A stretch of 64,000 nucleotides of DNA, from NCBI GenBank assembly GCA_002269645.1, contig NIVC01002541.1, forward strand, positions 1-64,000. The letters run 5' to 3'. The notes under the pieces are model-generated. The model had not been told where the DNA came from, ran no database searches, and saw only the letters and a program-made list of their open reading frames with translations. The position numbers and the translations under genes were made by a program. The DNA is from Macrostomum lignano (taxonomy: Eukaryota). Positions 46,901 through 58,959 of the stretch are shown here, in pieces; the first letter of the stretch is position 1, and every line of letters begins with the position of its first letter.

Positions 46901-49900
46901 ATCAACAAAAGTGTTGTTAAATGACATTTGAATGATCAATATTGAATGAATATTTGCTATACAAAGTTTAATTATTTATTTAACCATAATTTTTTATGCA
47001 TATCCACACTCTGGATCATGTAGTATACACCTGAAAATGTAAGCATACATTGGCCTTGTATATCAAAATTTAGGCATGTACAGTTGGCATATTATTCCTA
47101 AGAAAATAGGATATGTGCACACCTAGTATGCACTTTATAGAATCAAGTGGAAGGTTTAGTGTTAAATGGATAAAATATAGAAAAGTTAATTTTTAAGCAT
47201 AAATGTCAAGCTTTCTAGGTTCTAACCGTTCTAAGCTCATAATAAGGTATTTAACAATGTTTGTGCATCTTGATTTTCTACTATAGTATTAAGCAAGAAA
47301 GATAATTAATAAACCAAATTATTAGCCAAAAAGGGTCATTTGCACAATACAAAATGTCCTTGCCAGGGCATTCCATGCTTATCTAAAAAGTTTGTGTGAA
47401 TCCATAGTCTGAATCATGCTAGGTGCATATCAAAACAAAAATTGAATAGTTACAAAAGCATACCAAAAAAATGAGTTCAGCCTACACTCTCACTCTCTCT
47501 CCATAATCCTTAACCATAGCCACCACTAGGCAAGATCTCTATAGCCATAATCTGCTACAAATTTTGCTCAAAAAAGCCCTATTGGAATAAATGTTAAAAA
47601 CCCGCGGACGCGCGCTTTAGAAAAGAGTCAAACTATTTTACCGCGCTTTAGGATTATTAGAGATGTTCCGAAAGATCTGCAGTTTCGTCGAAATAAAAAT
47701 TCGCTAACTTTCCAAAATCAAAATTGAAATTTCCCGAAATCATAATTCAGAAAAACAAAGTTTAGTATGATCAACACTCACTTTTTTACTTTCAATTTAC
47801 TGCTTAAGCAAAAAGTAATACATGTATATGTAGTAGAAAGTAGTTTATTTTTAGCGACTTTTTAGACACTACCAAAATTTTCACTTCTAAATTTTATTTC
47901 GAAATTGAAATTCGCTCTAAAAAATTTCAAATTTTGGAAAATTGAAATTGAATTTTCGGAACATCTCTAAGCTTAATAAATTACGAGTGTATAAGCCCCT
48001 TCAACAGAGGTATTATACCCTTTTCCATGTATATGTATTTGCTAGAGCAGCAGCCAGTAAGAAAGGGCAGCGCGCGCAGGCGCTGCGCCTGTGCGCGCGC
48101 TGCGCTTTAGAAAAATTTCAAAAGTGCGCCGGACACCGTCCGCGGTTTTACAACTTTTTCCTATAGGGCAAAAAAGCTACCCCAAATTTTCTTATAAATA
48201 TGACATGGGAATAATTACAATAGAACACTAAGTTAAATATATTGAATAATTTTAGGCTATCCTCTAATTTTGCACATCAAATTATTTTTTGAAATTTTAA
48301 CAAAGTTTTAATAACAAAGAACAATGGAAACTTTGTTAAACTACAAAATGGAGAATTTTAAATATAATAATGTGTCACCTAGAATTGGATGTTGTTGAAA
48401 AATGTTATGTGGGTGACAATGGTACCATAGTCATAGAAACTCATTGAGATGGGTGTCAAACAAAGCTTTGGATATACTATACATGGCCCTGTAGTAGGCC
48501 TTAGCTACCAGCTACTTCTAAGTTGCAAAGGTCTGCTATAGGATATATATTAGCAATAGGAATTATCAATCAAAGTGGATGCTACAGTGTATCTAGCCAA
48601 GATTGCTTAGAGAAGAAGAGTTGCTACTTAGGATTGATAAGAAATCCCAGTCCTTCCAATCCCAGTTCCTTTTCAAAAAATAGGAAGCAATTGCAGGTTT
48701 TACGTGTTTCAATAGCCATTTTAAACTAGTAAATATAAACATAAAATTGACACATTGCTGGCAATGTTGCAGTTTGTTTTGCATGATTATTTTTACTTTT
48801 GAATATACACCAATGTCATGAACAATCAAACAAATGAACATTACTTACTTGTCGCCAGCTTTTGACTGCAGTCGCATGGCCACATTGTTGACAGGTCACT
48901 TGATTGGCCAGCAGGTGGAACTTAGCTAGCCAACAAATTGTTGATACTGTGTTGCAAGTCACATCATACATATAGCGCAAAGGGAATATGCCATCTATCA
49001 GATTCAGCTTGGCAGCAGGTACAGCCTCAGCAGGTGGGATTATAAATGATTATGCAGCTGGACATCCTGCCATGACTTGCAAAATATTGTATATCTTAAA
49101 CAATTCTAGGTTGGGAAATCTTGAGCAATGTAAAAGATTGCTGCTTTCACCCCTCACTAAAGCTTGCCTAAAAGTGTCTATGCCTTTTAGGATGACGTGG
49201 CATGACAAGTCAGCACAAATTTAAACCCTCTGTGACACATTGGCATGTATTCAAAAGTAAAAATAATTATGCGAAACAAATTGCAACATTGCTATATCTA
49301 AAACTTGTGAGTTTAAATATTTAACTTAGAGAATCATATTATTTTTTGTAAAATAATTAAATGTACAAAACTAGAGGACAGCCTAATTTTAACTTTAAGT
49401 AAAAAATTAAATTAAATTAACTTTTTTATTAAATTAGATTTTTTATCTTTTTTGCCTTCTTAGATTTAAGCTTAGGCATTGCTTATCTATATAAAAGCAT
49501 AGCCTTACCTAATATAATAATAATAATATAGCCATATAATAGGCTAGGCCCTAGCCAATAAATTAAATAAACCATCTAGATATGATTGATACAATAGGTC
49601 CATTACATTAGCAATGTATAGATGTTGGTGAAAAATATTTCCAAAAGCTGGATGGCAAAAATAAGTAGAAAATTATACATAACAATTGCAAGCAGTGAAC
49701 ATATTAAATACCTACCTATTAACATGGTATTTTTGAGTGTGCAATGCAAGTATTATTTTATATAGTAACAGCAGTGAAGCTGAAGTCTGGTGCTTATAAA
49801 TCAAATCTTTAAACTTAAAGTTCGTGCAATCAACGAAATAAACCTGAATCTGTCAGAAAACAAGGGATGAAAGGATATAAACAGAGAAAAAGCAATTATT

Positions 49901-50173
49901 TACAAAAACTGACGGTTGGGACGCGGACATTATTCTATTTTTAGTAACACAAGTTTACTTTGCTTCGCATTTTTATGAATCATGATTCCCCCCAAAAAGT
50001 GGAATACACGTTTCCAATATATAACCGACATAGGAAAGCCTTAGCCTTAGAGTTTAGGGCCCAAATGGTGCCCAAAGTTAAAATCCTTAAAAATGAAAAA
50101 TAAGGCTTACCTTTTTATCAAGATCAGTTGCATTATTAATTAAAGAAATAATAGTTGCTAAATCTTCAACCAT
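43922..50173 (-). CDS. MED26: Mediator of RNA polymerase II transcription subunit 26
   Basis: Exons 50173-50111 (MVEDLATIISLINNATDLDKK, donor AAG|GTAAGC; inferred), 45802-45308 and 44581-43922, all phase 0. TFIIS-N/LW domain LESFPMTRAQLETTRLGKLLNEVRR...LLKGWQ (cf. MED26 [25 protein letters not shown]); C-terminal HILPWVDLD (cf. LPYVCLD). Confidence 0.85.
44640..45265. repeat. ~31-33-bp intronic minisatellite (GGGGGTCACTGAAGGATCAG...)
   Basis: About 20 units in MED26 intron 2. Confidence 0.92.
47575..48172. mobile_element. Possible degenerate MITE (imperfect terminal and internal inverted repeats) in MED26 intron 1
   Basis: CCCTATTGGAA...AAAACCCGCGGACG versus CGTCCGCGGTTTTA...TTCCTATAGGG; internal inverted repeat TAGAGATGTTCCGAAA / TTTCGGAACATCTCTA. 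Confidence 0.35.
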
Positions 50174-52248
50174 TGCACGCTTTTCGCATCAATATAAGGC
50201 ATAGTTCCTTTTCAGAACATCAGCAGCTCTTGGACCGCCATGTTTTCATGTTCTTAGAATTTGTGAAAATGCGTAGTTTAAAAATCTAGTGCTTTTATAG
50301 GTAGCTGCTAAAACAAAATAAAACAATTGTTAATAACATTGAACGACTGTAAATTAGAGAAAAACAGCAAAATACTTTTTTTAAACTAAAATTTATTACG
50401 CTTGCTGATTTTAAGTAAAAAACTATACGTTGACCAAAACGGAAGCACTTGAGTTACACACTAATTCGATCACTTTTTTAAATAAAGGAACACTAAAGCC
50501 TAAAACGTTTTTTAACAATATAGTTAAAAAAACTATATTAACTAGTGGGGCCACTAGTGGGGCCAGTAGGCTTAACGGAATAAGTCGAAGTGATGAGGAC
50601 GCACTTTTTCCCAAATCCCGCGCTAGCACATGGGCTCTAAACTTACTTGCCTACTAACAGTGGGCAAGGGGCATTTTTATCCTTTTTCTGCGAATAGTCA
50701 TAGAATCTATACTAGATATAATGTCGGGTCATACTAGTAGTCATAATAACATAGGCATTGCTTTTTGGGTCATAAATCATCGCTTTCGAAGCTGGTCTGA
50801 CAGCCACCTGCGCCTCACTCAGTGTTGAGACGTGCGCCAGATGGTCTGAGAGGATGCGGGCGGTAGCTTTTTTCTCATCATTTTGACAGGCCATCAAGAT
50901 TTATGAGGTCAGAGCCTATTGTTCGGATTCACTCAAGCGTGTGACAGCTTTGACAGCTATGCGTTTTACCCCTAAAAGTACTTTGGGATTAGCGATTAGC
51001 AATTTCTCTTCATTATCTTCACTTTCTATTTAATAAGAGCTTTCTAATGTATATTTTTTCATTAATTTCTGTCAATCCTACGCGAAAAGTCATAAATCAT
51101 TTTGTTGCGATTTTAAGTGATTTATGGCCGCACCTGTCATCTTTTTACGACCCTGTGGGAACTGATAGGATCTCTCGATCACGTGATTCTGGGTAGCAAC
51201 AAGCTTAGCCAATCAGAAAATTCGGCGCTCATTTTAACAAAACGGCTCAGCCAATCAGAATCGACGTGTTCCATTGTAACAAACTGCGGTCCAGTTGGCG
51301 GCTATTTAAACCGGAGTTTTTGGCTCGCTCGGACCTCAACCTCCTGGGAACTTGGCCTAGCTAGAGACCTCCCGGAGCCTGACCGTCGTTTCTTGATCCC
51401 CGGATTGCGACTTCCCCCCATCATCATCAAGGACGAGTCCCCCGGTCATCAGCAGCGAACATCAAGTGAAGAACATCACCTGCTAGCTAACAGCGAAGAC
51501 TGTGACATCAGCATCATCTCGAGTCTACAGCTGCAGAGCATCAAGCCGATTCGGTCACTGTGGATTACCTGGTCTCCGGCTGTTGAGTTTCTGATTGGTT
51601 GGGTGAGAGGCTACCTAGACTTGCTTGATTGGGTGATTCCCTGTCTGTCCCCAATTTCAGTAGCTGAATTAGGCGCACACTCTTGCTCATTTTGTTCAGT
51701 AGTGCTGTTGCTGAGGCAGAAGTCATTCAATAATACTGCTAGTAGTCTAAAACTCCAATTCAATCTGAAGTGTGAAGTGATCTAAGGAGAAGGTTAAATC
51801 TAACAGTTATTTTTATCGGTTTTGTTTCTTTGTTCGCCGATGGCTCAGATGAGTAGCTAAGCTAGTAGGCGCCGGTCACAGTGGACCAATGGCAAGGCGG
51901 TTCTCAGTCGATCAATCTACCAAATCAGTGAGCAAAACTGCCAGAAGTGCAGAATCGGCGCCAGAGATGTACTTTGTGCACTCTAGGTTAGCCAAGCGGC
52001 TCGGGTAATGAATCATGCGGTCTCTGAAGTTCGAGTTAGTCTATCATCAGCGCTATGAGAGGCTAGTTGGCGCGTTGAAGGCCAAAAGTACATACCTTCG
52101 TATTTAGCAATGTAATAGTACATGTAGCTACCCCATAGACTCGCCACTGCAAGAATCCCCTGCACAAGTCCCCTCTGTATCTGCATGGCCAACGCGATCT
52201 AGTCCCAGCAGTGTCCCTTATCATCGGCTATGACTCGAGATTGACAGC

Positions 52249-52569
52249 TGTGGAGTCTAGCTCCAAATGAATAAGAATAAGATTAGGCACGTGCGTGTGA
52301 GCCTCGCAGGCCAGCTCGATCTTGGTTCGTAGCTTCTTACAGAGGCGCCAGGCCTCGGGCTTCTTTATTTATTTCTCTGCTTCCTAGCTTGGGGAAGACA
52401 ACCGGCAGGCCTATGCTTGTTGGGGGTGCGGGGTGCAGACAGACAGACTTGTGCATAGGACTTGTGCGTGCATTGGCCGTACAGTGATGACTGTAACGGC
52501 TAGACAAAGACCGGTGCCTGGTGGGACTGAGGAGTGCGAGTACGAGCTAACCGATAGACAGACACTACA
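52249..52569 (-). repeat. 3' LTR
   Basis: Near-identical to 56610-56930; preceded on the minus strand by the PPT. Confidence 0.95.
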
Positions 52570-52586
52570 GTTTTCCCCTTCCCTCC
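52570..52586 (-). promoter_or_regulatory. Polypurine tract (GGAGGGAAGGGGAAAAC)
   Basis: Purine run immediately upstream of the 3' LTR on the element strand. Confidence 0.85.
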
Positions 52587-52781
52587 AAAACGCGATAGTC
52601 TCTAATCAGTCATATCCGGGAGTTCCCGGTTTAGTGTACAGCAGCCGGTCCGGTTCCTGTCGCGTTCGCGGTGAGCGGCGCATCTGCGGAGGTTCGACAT
52701 CCCCCGCCTGCTGGCCTGAATCGACTTCCGGGGCCGAGCTGGCGAACTCCGCGTCGCCCGGCTCATCGCTGGCTCGGTCCG

Positions 52782-53954
52782 TCACGTCGCCGGTCTCTGG
52801 CTGGCGGCAAGCGGCGTCGGCGTAATTCGTGGCCGCAGCTGGTCGGCGTGCCGGCGCTCGATGACGCCATCCCCGGTCTCCACTCGGTAGCTGAGTGGCC
52901 CGGTCTGCTTTGTCACCCGGCCTTCCGTCCAACGCTCTGCGCCACGGCGGTAATCCCGCGCCCATACCTGGTCCGGCAGTTGGTCGGTGTGGTGAGCCTT
53001 GCGGTCGTGGAGCTTCTTCTGCTCCGCCTGAGCACGAAGAACCCGGTCTCGAGTAGACGGCCGCATCAGATCCATGCGCGTTCGCAGCCCTCGGCCGAGC
53101 ATGAGCTGCGCTGGGGCCCGGCCCGTGGTTGGGTGTTGTGTGGCGCGGTAACCAAGCAGCCAATTCTGCAGTCGCTTGTCGGCGTTCCCTGCGTCCGCCT
53201 GGCTGGACTTCATGGCCCGCTTGAAGCTGCCTACCAGGCGCTCCACCAGGCCGTTGGTCTTGGGGTGGTATGGGCTACTGCGGATGTGCTTGATTCCGTT
53301 GCTCTTGCAGAAATCTTGAAACTCCGCACTAGCGAAGGCCGGCCCGTTGTCAGACACGATTTGGTGCGGCAGCCCCCACTGGGCGAATAGACGTCGCAAC
53401 CGTTTCACGACCTCCGCGCTTGTCTGGCTGCCGACTTGCTCTACGTGTGGCCACTTGGAGTGTGCGTCTACAACCAGAAGAGAGTTTTGGCCCTCCGCGG
53501 GACCTGCGAAGTCCATGTGGATCCGCTCCCACGGGTGGTCCGGCCAGATCCAGGGGTGCAGTGGCGCCGTTGTCTCCGGCCGCGTCATCTGGCACTGGCT
53601 GCAGGAGCCAGCCACCCGCTCGATGTCCTGGTCCAGGCCAGGCCACCACACGAAGCTTCGCGCCACCGACTTCATTCTGACGATGCCGGCATGATCGGCA
53701 TGCAGCTCTTGCAGAACGCGAGATCGCAGGGCTGCAGGGATGACGACCCGCGCCCCCCACAGCAGGCAGCCATCCTCCAGACTGAGCTCATGTCGCCGTC
53801 GATGGTAGGGCTCTTGACTGCCGCGCCAATCGTGCGGCCATCCGTCACGCGTGTACCGCAGCACCTCCTGAAGGTCGGTGTCTCGTTGACTGGCGCTGGC
53901 GATGTCCTTGGCCAGCAGTGGCCAATCTTCGCTGCCCTGGCCCTCTTCGTCTGT
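52782..53954 (-). pseudogene. Gypsy integrase region (HHCC + DDE), in frame with gag-pol but separated by a TAG
   Basis: ELHADH...CSQC; HMDFAG (D), SDNG (D), NGLVER (E). The frame continues directly after TAG 53957-53955 (TDEEGQ...LRYTRDGWP). Confidence 0.88.
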
Positions 53955-56597
53955 CTAGAACACCCCTCCGGAGGCGTCGGCTTCCACCTGGGTCGCCAGG
54001 GGTAGCCGTGACAGGAAGTCAGCGTTACCATGCTGCTTGGTGTTTTTGTAGCGGATGTCGTAGTCGTACGCGGCCAGCGTTAGCGCCCATCGCTGCAGAC
54101 GTGCCGCTGCTGTCGCCGAGACGCCGTTTTTCGGTCCAAAGATGCTCGTTAGAGGCTGGTGGTCAGTGATGATGGTGATCTTCTGGCCGAATATGTAGTT
54201 GTGAAACTTTTTCATGCCAAAGATGATCACCAGTGCCTCCTTCTCGATCTGAGCGTAATTCTTCTCCGCGGCGTTCAAGCTCCGTGAGGCGAAGGCGATC
54301 GGCTTCTCAGTTCCGTCAGGCACCACGTGGGAGATGACGGCTCCAATGCCGACGGAGGAGGCGTCCGCGGCCAGTATCAGCGGCCAGTCGGGGTTGTAGC
54401 AAGTCAGCACGGTGTCTGACGCAAGTGCCTCCTTCAAAGCCTCCCAGGCCGACTGCTGGCTCGCTGTCCACTCCCACGCGGTGTCCTTGCGAAGAAGCTT
54501 GTACAGCGGGGCCGCCTTTGTCGAGAAGTTAGCAACATGCTTGGCGTAGTAGTTTGCCAGACCTAGAAAGGACCGCAACTCGGACACGGTTGTCGGCTTC
54601 GGGCTGGCTCTGATGGCCTCGACCTTCTTTGGGCTCTTCCGGACCCCTTCGCTGCTAATAAGCGAGCCAAGGTACTCCACCTCGCTCTCAAAGAACCTGC
54701 ACTTCTCTAGCTTGAGTCGGAGTCCAGCTTTGCGCAAACGGTTTAGAACCTCGCGCAGATTACTCAGGTGGTCCTCCGTGTGCTTCCCTGCCACCAAGAT
54801 GTCGTCAATCCGGCAGCAAGTTGAGCTGGCACCCTGCAGCACAGACTCCATGATCTGCTGGCATAGCGCAGGCGCCGAGCTGACTCCATATGGAAGTCGC
54901 TTGAACTTAAACAGTCCCTTGTGGGTGTTGATGGTGGTCAGGTCTTGGCTGGCCTCGTCCAGTGGAAACTGCAAGTAGCATTCCGACAGGTCCAGCTTGG
55001 AGAAGATCTTGCCACCGCCAACCGCGTCGTAGAGCTCCTCTGGCGTCGGCATCGGATAGTGGTCGATCTTCAGCTGCGGGTTCAGCATGACCTTGTAGTC
55101 ACCGCACAGTCTGATGGTCCCGTTTGGCTTGCTTACGGGCACGACTGGAGTCGCCCAGTCGCTATGCGGAACGGGCTCGATCACCCCTACTTCCTGCATC
55201 CGCTGCAATTCCGCGTCGATCTTGGACTTCAGGGCGTACGGCACGGGTCGGGCCTTGCAGAACTTGGGCAGCGCGTCCTCTTGCAGCCGCAGCTTCACGC
55301 TGTGCTGGGTGAACTTTCCGAGGCCCGGCTTGAACACGTCCGCAAACTCTTGCAGCAGGCTGTCCAACTCCGGTGGCGCTGTTGACGTGGCTGAGGTTGC
55401 CGGTGGAACTGGATCGCTAATGGCGAAGATCTCCTTCCAGTTCAGCCGGATGTTCCTTAGCCAGTCCCGGCCCATTAACGGGCTCGCCTTCTCTAGGCTG
55501 GTGACTATTAGGGGCAGCTCGCAAGTCTGCGTGCCATACTGCACTTCCACCTTCGCAGACCCCAGCACCGGGATGCTCTCGCCTGTCCAGGTGCGCAGTT
55601 GAACCTCGGTGTTCTGTAGTCGCGGCCGACCCAGCTGCTTCCAGTGCTGCTTAGAAACAAGGCTGACGCAAGCTCCGGTGTCCACCTGCATCCTCAGCGG
55701 TCGCCCGTTGATGTGTAGCTGAGCACTCAGGTGCCTTTCCTTACCGCTGCAGACCTGGGAGATCCACGTCACCTCTGCCGAGTCGTCGCTTTCCCCGCCG
55801 CGGTGCTCCTCGCTCTCGTCTGGGTGAACGGCCCTGATGGACTTTCTGTTCTTGTGGCCACTGAATTTCAAGCCGCTTTGCTGACTGCTAGGAGCCCCTC
55901 CGGCGCAAGTCTTTTGGCTCGATAAACAGACGGCCTTCAAGTGCCCCAGCTTGCCACAGGCGTGACACTTGGTGTTCCGGTGCTGGCACTCCGCCGACAG
56001 GTGCTGCCTGGAGCCACAGCGCATGCACGGCCGTCGTGGTGACGCGGCTTTACCGACCAGATTGACCTCCGGCTTGGCGCGCCAGCTGTTGGCCTCCGCT
56101 TCCGCGATTTCTGCTGCTTGAGCGATTTCCTTGGCCTTCTCGAGCGTCAAGGTGCTGACAGTCAACAACCGCTTCTGCACTTGCGGCTCCCGGAGTCCAC
56201 AGACGAAGCAGTCACGCAATGCGTCTTCCAGGAAAGTTCCGAAGTCGCAGGTCTCCGCCGGACTGCGGAGGGTGGCCAGAAACTGTGCAGCCGACTCTCC
56301 GTCCTTCTGAACTCGCTTGTAGAAGCGAAACCGCTCAGCAATGACCGGCTTCCTTGGCTGGAAGTGGTCCTTGAGTAGCTTTACCAGCTCTTCGTAGGAC
56401 AGATCAGAAGGCTTCCCTGGCGAGCACAGATTTCGTAGGGTTGCATAGCATTGGCGGCCGATCAAGGTTAGGAAAACCGCCTTCTTCTGGCTTTCGTCCT
56501 TAATTCTGTTTGCGCTCATATAGAGGGCTACGCGTTCCTCGTAGGCGCACCAGTCTTTTCCCTCCTCGAAGGGCTCGACTGTGCCGATAGCGGACAT
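53955..56597 (-). CDS. Gypsy Gag-protease-RT-RNase H polyprotein
   Basis: Start MSAIGTVEPF (ATG inside the PBS). Two CCHC knuckles (CMRCGSRQHLSAEC, CHACGKLGHLKAVC); protease VDTGA; RT IRLCGDYK...SKLDLSECYLQ...RLPYGV...CRIDD; RNase H ADAS...EKEAL...TDHQPL. Confidence 0.92.
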   Translation of the reverse strand: MSAIGTVEPFEEGKDWCAYEERVALYMSANRIKDESQKKAVFLTLIGRQCYATLRNLCSPGKPSDLSYEELVKLLKDHFQPRKPVIAERFRFYKRVQKDGESAAQFLATLRSPAETCDFGTFLEDALRDCFVCGLREPQVQKRLLTVSTLTLEKAKEIAQAAEIAEAEANSWRAKPEVNLVGKAASPRRPCMRCGSRQHLSAECQHRNTKCHACGKLGHLKAVCLSSQKTCAGGAPSSQQSGLKFSGHKNRKSIRAVHPDESEEHRGGESDDSAEVTWISQVCSGKERHLSAQLHINGRPLRMQVDTGACVSLVSKQHWKQLGRPRLQNTEVQLRTWTGESIPVLGSAKVEVQYGTQTCELPLIVTSLEKASPLMGRDWLRNIRLNWKEIFAISDPVPPATSATSTAPPELDSLLQEFADVFKPGLGKFTQHSVKLRLQEDALPKFCKARPVPYALKSKIDAELQRMQEVGVIEPVPHSDWATPVVPVSKPNGTIRLCGDYKVMLNPQLKIDHYPMPTPEELYDAVGGGKIFSKLDLSECYLQFPLDEASQDLTTINTHKGLFKFKRLPYGVSSAPALCQQIMESVLQGASSTCCRIDDILVAGKHTEDHLSNLREVLNRLRKAGLRLKLEKCRFFESEVEYLGSLISSEGVRKSPKKVEAIRASPKPTTVSELRSFLGLANYYAKHVANFSTKAAPLYKLLRKDTAWEWTASQQSAWEALKEALASDTVLTCYNPDWPLILAADASSVGIGAVISHVVPDGTEKPIAFASRSLNAAEKNYAQIEKEALVIIFGMKKFHNYIFGQKITIITDHQPLTSIFGPKNGVSATAAARLQRWALTLAAYDYDIRYKNTKQHGNADFLSRLPLATQVEADASGGVF

Positions 56598-56608
56598 CCT
56601 CGTCGCCA
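56595..56608 (-). promoter_or_regulatory. Primer-binding site TGGCGACGAGGATG, consistent with the 3' end of tRNA-Ser(GCU)
   Basis: 1 nt downstream of the 5' LTR; complementary to ...CAUCCUCGUCGCCA (tRNA assignment from recall). Confidence 0.75.
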
Positions 56609-56609
56609 C

Positions 56610-56930
56610 TGTGGAGTCTAGCTCCAAATGAATAAGAATAAGATTAGGCACGTGCGTGTGAGCCTCGCAGGCCAGCTCGATCTTGGTTCGTAGCTTCTTA
56701 CAGAGGCGCCAGGCCTCGGGCTTCTTTATTTATTTCTCTGCTTCCCAGCGTGGGGAAGACAACCGGCAGGCCTATGCTTGTTGGGGGTGCGGGGTGCAGA
56801 CAGACAGACTTGTGCATAGGACTTGTGCGTGCATTGGCCGTACAGTGATGACTGTAACGGCTAGACAAAGACCGGTGCCTGGTGAGACTGAGGAGTGCGA
56901 GTACGAGCTAACCGATAGACAGACACTACA
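56610..56930 (-). repeat. 5' LTR
   Basis: See 3' LTR. Confidence 0.95.
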
Positions 56931-57652
56931 ACATCAAAAAGACACTAGTTGGCAGGTAAGTGCAAAGCCCCTTCTAGTCGGAAGCCCGATTTCGAGAGTC
57001 CCGGTGTGGTGAGCCAGGACGTACGGGCTGGTGGCAGCGAGTTAGCTTAGTCTGCGGATTAGCTAATTTCTACCTTCAAAATTCTCCCTGCTTGTCTCTC
57101 GCTGTCCCTCTCTTAGCTATAGGACCTAGACTGCTTGCCACACGATCAAGCTACCATGGGGCTGACCATCTGACAGGAGTGGGGGGCCAGGACTCTAATT
57201 GATTTATTTCTGAGGCCTGAGGCCCGAAGGTTCCCTAACAAGGGACCCGAAGGTCGAAAACCATCAGAAGAAAAAACAAAGATTCCAATCTACATCTTAT
57301 AGAAAGCATATTGCCCCATATTTGGATTTCTTAATTAGTAAATATGGGAGAGCTTTTAATATAATGTGCACATGTATAGCTCCCAAAAATTAAAAGGGGA
57401 GGTCATTGCTCATTGGAGGTCAAAAACATGTACACTACTATCTAACTGCGGTTTATTGAGTGCATGCCTACACTGCACAGCAATTGATAGGTATGTAGCT
57501 TAAGTAAAAAGAAATCAACACCTGAAGTTAGATGTACAGTATAGGTATAGTAAGCTCATGAGCTATAAGTATGAGCTATAAGTATAGCTCAGTATAAGGA
57601 ATGGTAGTAGAATGCATGAGGGGGCTTCTGGGACAAAATTTTTCACGTCCTC

Positions 57653-57865
57653 CATAATCCCATTAAATCCATCCATATTATCCCCGACAGAATCAGAAAA
57701 AAAGGGGGGTCGCCCTTGCTCCGAAAACTTCGAACATAATCCCATTAAATCCATCCGTATTATCCCCGACAGAATCAGAAAAAAGGGGGGTCGCCCTTGC
57801 TCCGAAAACTTCGAACATAATCCCATTAAATCCATCCGTATTATCCCCGACAGAATCAGAGCATA
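57653..57865. repeat. 81-82-bp tandem repeat (~2.6 copies), probably subterminal in the Polinton
   Basis: CATAATCCCATTAAATCC recurs at 57653, 57735 and 57816. Confidence 0.88.
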
Positions 57866-58138
57866 ACCGGTGTCCTACTGTTATTCTGAGCATAGCAGCT
57901 CCGAAAACGTCATCCATAATCCTCCTAACCTATCCTCCTTCCTCCTTGACAGAATCAGAGCATAACAAGTGTCCTACATAATCCACTGACATCCACCCAT
58001 AGCATCTTCGAAACAATCAGAAAATAATCTGCATTCTTCTCCCCACATTCAATTTGCAACGCGAAACCAGATCCCAAAGACTTTAAATCATCAGCGCAGG
58101 GTCCTTACCCTTTGAAAAAATCTAAATTTTCTCTAAAA

Positions 58139-58531
58139 ATGTTTCCAGTTGTCTCTCCAGGTTCTTATTATACTCAGCCTAATCCATTGTACAAATCCAA
58201 ATACCGATGCAAACTTGAATGCAGCGAGTACATGAGAAAATATTGGCCTGACGTTGATATCAATGTCCCTAATATTAATCTAGCTCTCCAAAGACACTGG
58301 TTTCATAAGTATGGAGTTGTCATTAACGATTTTGACAGCTACTATAACTTTGCTGAAGTTATAGGGCAGTTGAAGCTTACTAAAAAACATACTGAGTTCA
58401 TTTATTTACATAAAACAGGAGGAAATATGGAGGAAAGACTTCTTGAATTCGTTCTGATGCCTGTTCATCGGCATTTAATCCTTCAGCAAGGCGACCGTGG
58501 AGATTTTCTAGGTCGGTCGAGTAGAACGTAA
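58139..58531 (+). CDS. Polinton-associated hypothetical protein (130 aa)
   Basis: AAAAATG start context shared with the other element genes; non-repetitive ORF; no recognised motif. Confidence 0.5.
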   Translation: MFPVVSPGSYYTQPNPLYKSKYRCKLECSEYMRKYWPDVDINVPNINLALQRHWFHKYGVVINDFDSYYNFAEVIGQLKLTKKHTEFIYLHKTGGNMEERLLEFVLMPVHRHLILQQGDRGDFLGRSSRT

Positions 58532-58959
58532 TTTTTTGTGAACTAAAAAACAAAGATTTAATTAAAATAAGAGATTTTTCAATTCTAGAATTTCAGTAAG
58601 TAAAAAAATGAATAAACTTACAACATAATGAAATCAGCAGCCACAACGGTGCAGTATTGCGTGACGAAGAACGTGTGCGAGCAAAATGAGCTGAATTTTT
58701 TTACTTGCTTTAACTAGCTTCCGAGCGATCGACCCCCCTTCTGCTTCTCAACTTTTCAAATGCAGCTGTCGCGTTTGGCCAGGGCTGAGAATAATAGTTA
58801 AACCCTTCCCCACTCAAACGTCTCTCTCAACTCCCAGCTCTTTCAGCAGTCTTCCCAGTTCATTGTTAGGAACGCACAAAATAAACCCTGCTCCCGAGCG
58901 TCCACCCTCTCTCCCCGTGCACCCACCCTCTCTCCCCAAACACCCACCCTCAGCGCCCA

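Larger units (their letters stand above)
52249..56930 (-). mobile_element. Full-length Ty3/Gypsy (Mag-like) LTR retrotransposon
   Basis: 321-bp LTRs 52249-52569 and 56610-56930 (TG...CA; I count 3 substitutions); PBS; PPT; gag-PR-RT-RH-IN order; imperfect 5-bp TSD ACAGC/ACATC. Confidence 0.96.

Noticed and set aside
53955-53957. Programmed stop-codon readthrough in the Gypsy
   Set aside because: No CARYYA or recognisable pseudoknot context; other lesions suggest simple decay. Kept only as a testable possibility.
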